Below are positions 61,604 to 64,000 of a stretch of 64,000 nucleotides of DNA, piece by piece. Each line of letters begins with the position of its first letter. Position 1 is the stretch's first letter. A program made the position numbers and the translations under genes. Source of the stretch: Raillietiella orientalis (taxonomy: Eukaryota); the NCBI GenBank assembly GCA_036172245.1, contig JAYWIR010000009.1, forward strand, positions 3,968,001-4,032,000, given 5' to 3'. A model generated the notes under the pieces. The model was not told the DNA's origin. It was given only the letters and a program-made list of their open reading frames with translations, and ran no database searches.

Positions 61604-63767
61604 ATGCGGAGTCTCGGCCGCCTCCAACTCCAGCCCCCCCCTCGGAGGCGGCGAACGTGTAGAAGGGCGGCTGCCCCAGGGCGGGGCGAGCCGCCATGAG
61701 AGGATCGAGGTGAGCAGTCGCGGCGGGCAACGGAGCCTGGGAGCGGGCGAGCCGTGATGATTTATCTCCGACCTGCTTCGGATGAATTTATGGCGGCGAC
61801 CGGGGCGGCGGCATCCAGCGATCCGGAAGTCGACTGCGGATTCGGGCGCGACCTGTCCAGATAAAAAGGGCGTCTCTCCAAGATGTATGTGGGAAGCGGA
61901 GAGGCTGAGGAGCGGGGCTCCAGCATCTCCGAAGGGGAAGACGGGCGAGTCCGGCAGGCGCGCGAGTTTCCCGGCTTCGCGCAGCCCCGACGCCGCGTGG
62001 GCGGGCGGGAGCTCCCAGCCAACATCCCTCTTCCCACGCCAAGGCGGCGTGCTGTGCGCCGGCCGGAGCTGGCCGGAGATGGAGGCGCTTTCGGGAGAGG
62101 GGGACGCGCGAGGGGAGGGGGGGGGGGAATGAGGAGTTGCCACGTCGCCACCCCATCCCTCTCGTTCTCCGTCCTGCTCTCGCGCCAATCCTTGCGCCTT
62201 CCTGCAGCGAGGACTCTGTTGGATGTGGTCCATCTGGCGACATCCCTGGAGGAGGAGGAAGGAAAAGGGGGTGAGGAGGAGGAGAAATCCTGCCATCGCG
62301 CTGCGTTCGGGCCGATGTCGTTTCCCGCTCCCCGAGCAGGGAGAGGGAGGACGCTCGGAGGGCGGAAGTTCTGGTCCAGGAAGCTCCCTCGCCGTTCGAT
62401 TTGAGAAGCGCCTCGAGCGGCACGAGGATGAAAAAGGGGCATCTAGGGGCGGGCTTCCGGAAAGTGGCCTCCAGCAAAGGCGGAAGAGGCCATCCCAGTT
62501 CCCGTCTGCTGGGGCTGCGGAACGCGGGCTCCGGCGCACTACTTCCTCCCCCCTCCCTCCCTCTCCCCGAAAGACCAAGCTGCTGGCCTCTCATTTCCGA
62601 CGGCTCGGCGCGGCCTGCATTGTCCCGCAGATCGGGGATGACAGGAACTCATAAACGCGCCGACATCTCGGCACGTTTCGAATCTCCGATGCAGTTTCCA
62701 TGAGGACGGGAACAATGGACCGGATGCTCTTTGTTGACCGGGAGGCGGGCGCCGCTTCCGATCTTCAAGGAAGGAAGGAGAGAAGGAAGAGGGAGGAGGG
62801 AGGAGCGAAGTGCCATCGTGGATGAGCTGACTGGGGCGGCCTCCAAGCACCCCGTCCGAAGAGACAAGCCGTTGCCGTCGCCTTCGCAGCTCTCATCCGA
62901 CTGCCTCGGGTCGGGTCGGCCGAAGAGGATAGCGCCGTGGGCGCTGGTAGAGCACTCTCCCTCAAGCGGGAGGGGAGCGGGGTGGGTGGGAACACGACCT
63001 CCATGTCGAGCTGCCCGGCCCCTGCCGATTCTTTTTGGCTCGGGCGGGTGCCGAACCTACGAGCGCCCTCGCGTCCAATCCCAGCGCTCTCAGAGTACGG
63101 CGCCGTCTCAGCGGCGGCCAGCCCCGCACCGGAAGGTCAATAAAATGAATCCGAGTGGTCACATCATTGCGAGACGAAATCGCCTCGATGCGTGACCACG
63201 GTGACTGCGCATGCAGGTGACCTTCGAGGCATCCTTTCGAACGTGCCTTCACACCGTGTGGGCAGCAGCAGCAGCAGAGCGGGCGGCACTCCTCACTGCC
63301 TGTTCCACGCATGTGCAGAAAGCGGTCCTCGATCGCGTGCGCACCCAAAACACCACCACCGCCTCGACTTCCTCCCCTTCCCCCCTCCCCGACGCTGCTC
63401 GAGACTTTCCGAAGATCCCGCTGCCAGCTGGCGATGCATGGCGGGGCGCACGCGGGTTTTGCTCCGACCGCCACTGCTGCATCGCGTGCATCTCGTGTCC
63501 GTCCGTCTCACGAGCTGCATCCGAGACGCCTCGCGAGGTCCTCTCCTCCCGCACGAGCGCGGTGGTTCGGCCGAACCACCGTCGTCGCCGGTACTCGACG
63601 CCGGCGATGGTCGTTGTTACCGGGAGGGAGAGTTCGGCGCGCAGCTGCCCTCTCTGCGAAGATGCCCGCGGGTCCCCGAGAACCATCCCGTCCAAATGCC
63701 AGCCATCCCGCACGCGCTCCGGAAAAGAGACCGGTGGACAGATGGCGGAACTGAGACAGAGAGGCTC

Positions 63768-63791
63768 GTTGTTGTTGTTGTTGTTGTTGTT
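63768..63791. repeat. (GTT)n microsatellite
   Basis: About eight GTT units read directly. Confidence 0.9.
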
Positions 63792-64000
63792 TGGGGTCTC
63801 CTGTATTTCACGTAAACCGAAAAGTTCCGGCATAGTGCACGGCAGGTGCACGGACACGTTGCTGGATACGTCGCACCAGTTGCCGTCTGGAACGCTTTGC
63901 AGTGCGTCCCTCTGGTCTCCCGCTCGTGCCTTCCGCACGCTCGCAGGAAGATGAGGTGGTTCCGAAAGAAGAATCTTCTTCGGACATCTGCTATTCCTCC

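Larger units (their letters stand above)
46000..64000. other. GC- and CpG-rich, apparently non-coding domain (CpG-island-like; intergenic or a large intron)
   Basis: Visibly much higher GC and CpG content than bases 1-44000, with many purine/pyrimidine tracts and G-runs. Overlapping ORFs in all six frames translate to low-complexity R/G/P/S/A sequence with no recognisable domain. Confidence 0.7.

Noticed and set aside
61690..61715. GCCGCCATG followed 14 nt later by GAG|gtgagc, a possible first coding micro-exon
   Set aside because: No downstream exon identified, and both signals are plausible by chance in GC-rich DNA.
46000..64000. Dozens of 100-377 aa ORFs in all six frames
   Set aside because: Stop codons are rare at this GC content. 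The ORFs overlap on both strands, are low-complexity and show no recognisable domain. Small real exons cannot be excluded.

Overview
This is eukaryotic (animal, most likely invertebrate) genomic DNA, not prokaryotic. The first ~44.3 kb is AT-rich and holds five intron-split genes, most of whose introns are very short (40-60 nt). They are: a FARP/Cdep-like FERM-RhoGEF gene (minus strand, 3' end not resolved), SNRNP40 (plus), DNALI1 (minus, tail-to-tail with SNRNP40, with an RFX X-box upstream), DCLRE1A/SNM1A (plus) and UBXN6 (plus). A 5'-truncated but frame-intact L1/Tx1-type retrotransposon with a structured 3' UTR lies between DNALI1 and DCLRE1A. From ~44.5 kb the sequence grades into an ~18 kb GC/CpG-rich tract in which I recognise no protein; its many ORFs look like GC-content artefacts. 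Two diverged copies of a tRNA-derived SINE lie at its edge and inside it, and it carries clustered X-box-like and homeodomain-site-like motifs. I found no clearly novel biological system. The best leads are an intronic-polyadenylation FERM-only isoform of FARP, the antisense 3' overlap of DNALI1 with SNRNP40, the retroelement 3' hairpins, and the GC-rich putative regulatory domain. All exon models were read by hand from splice signals and frame continuity.
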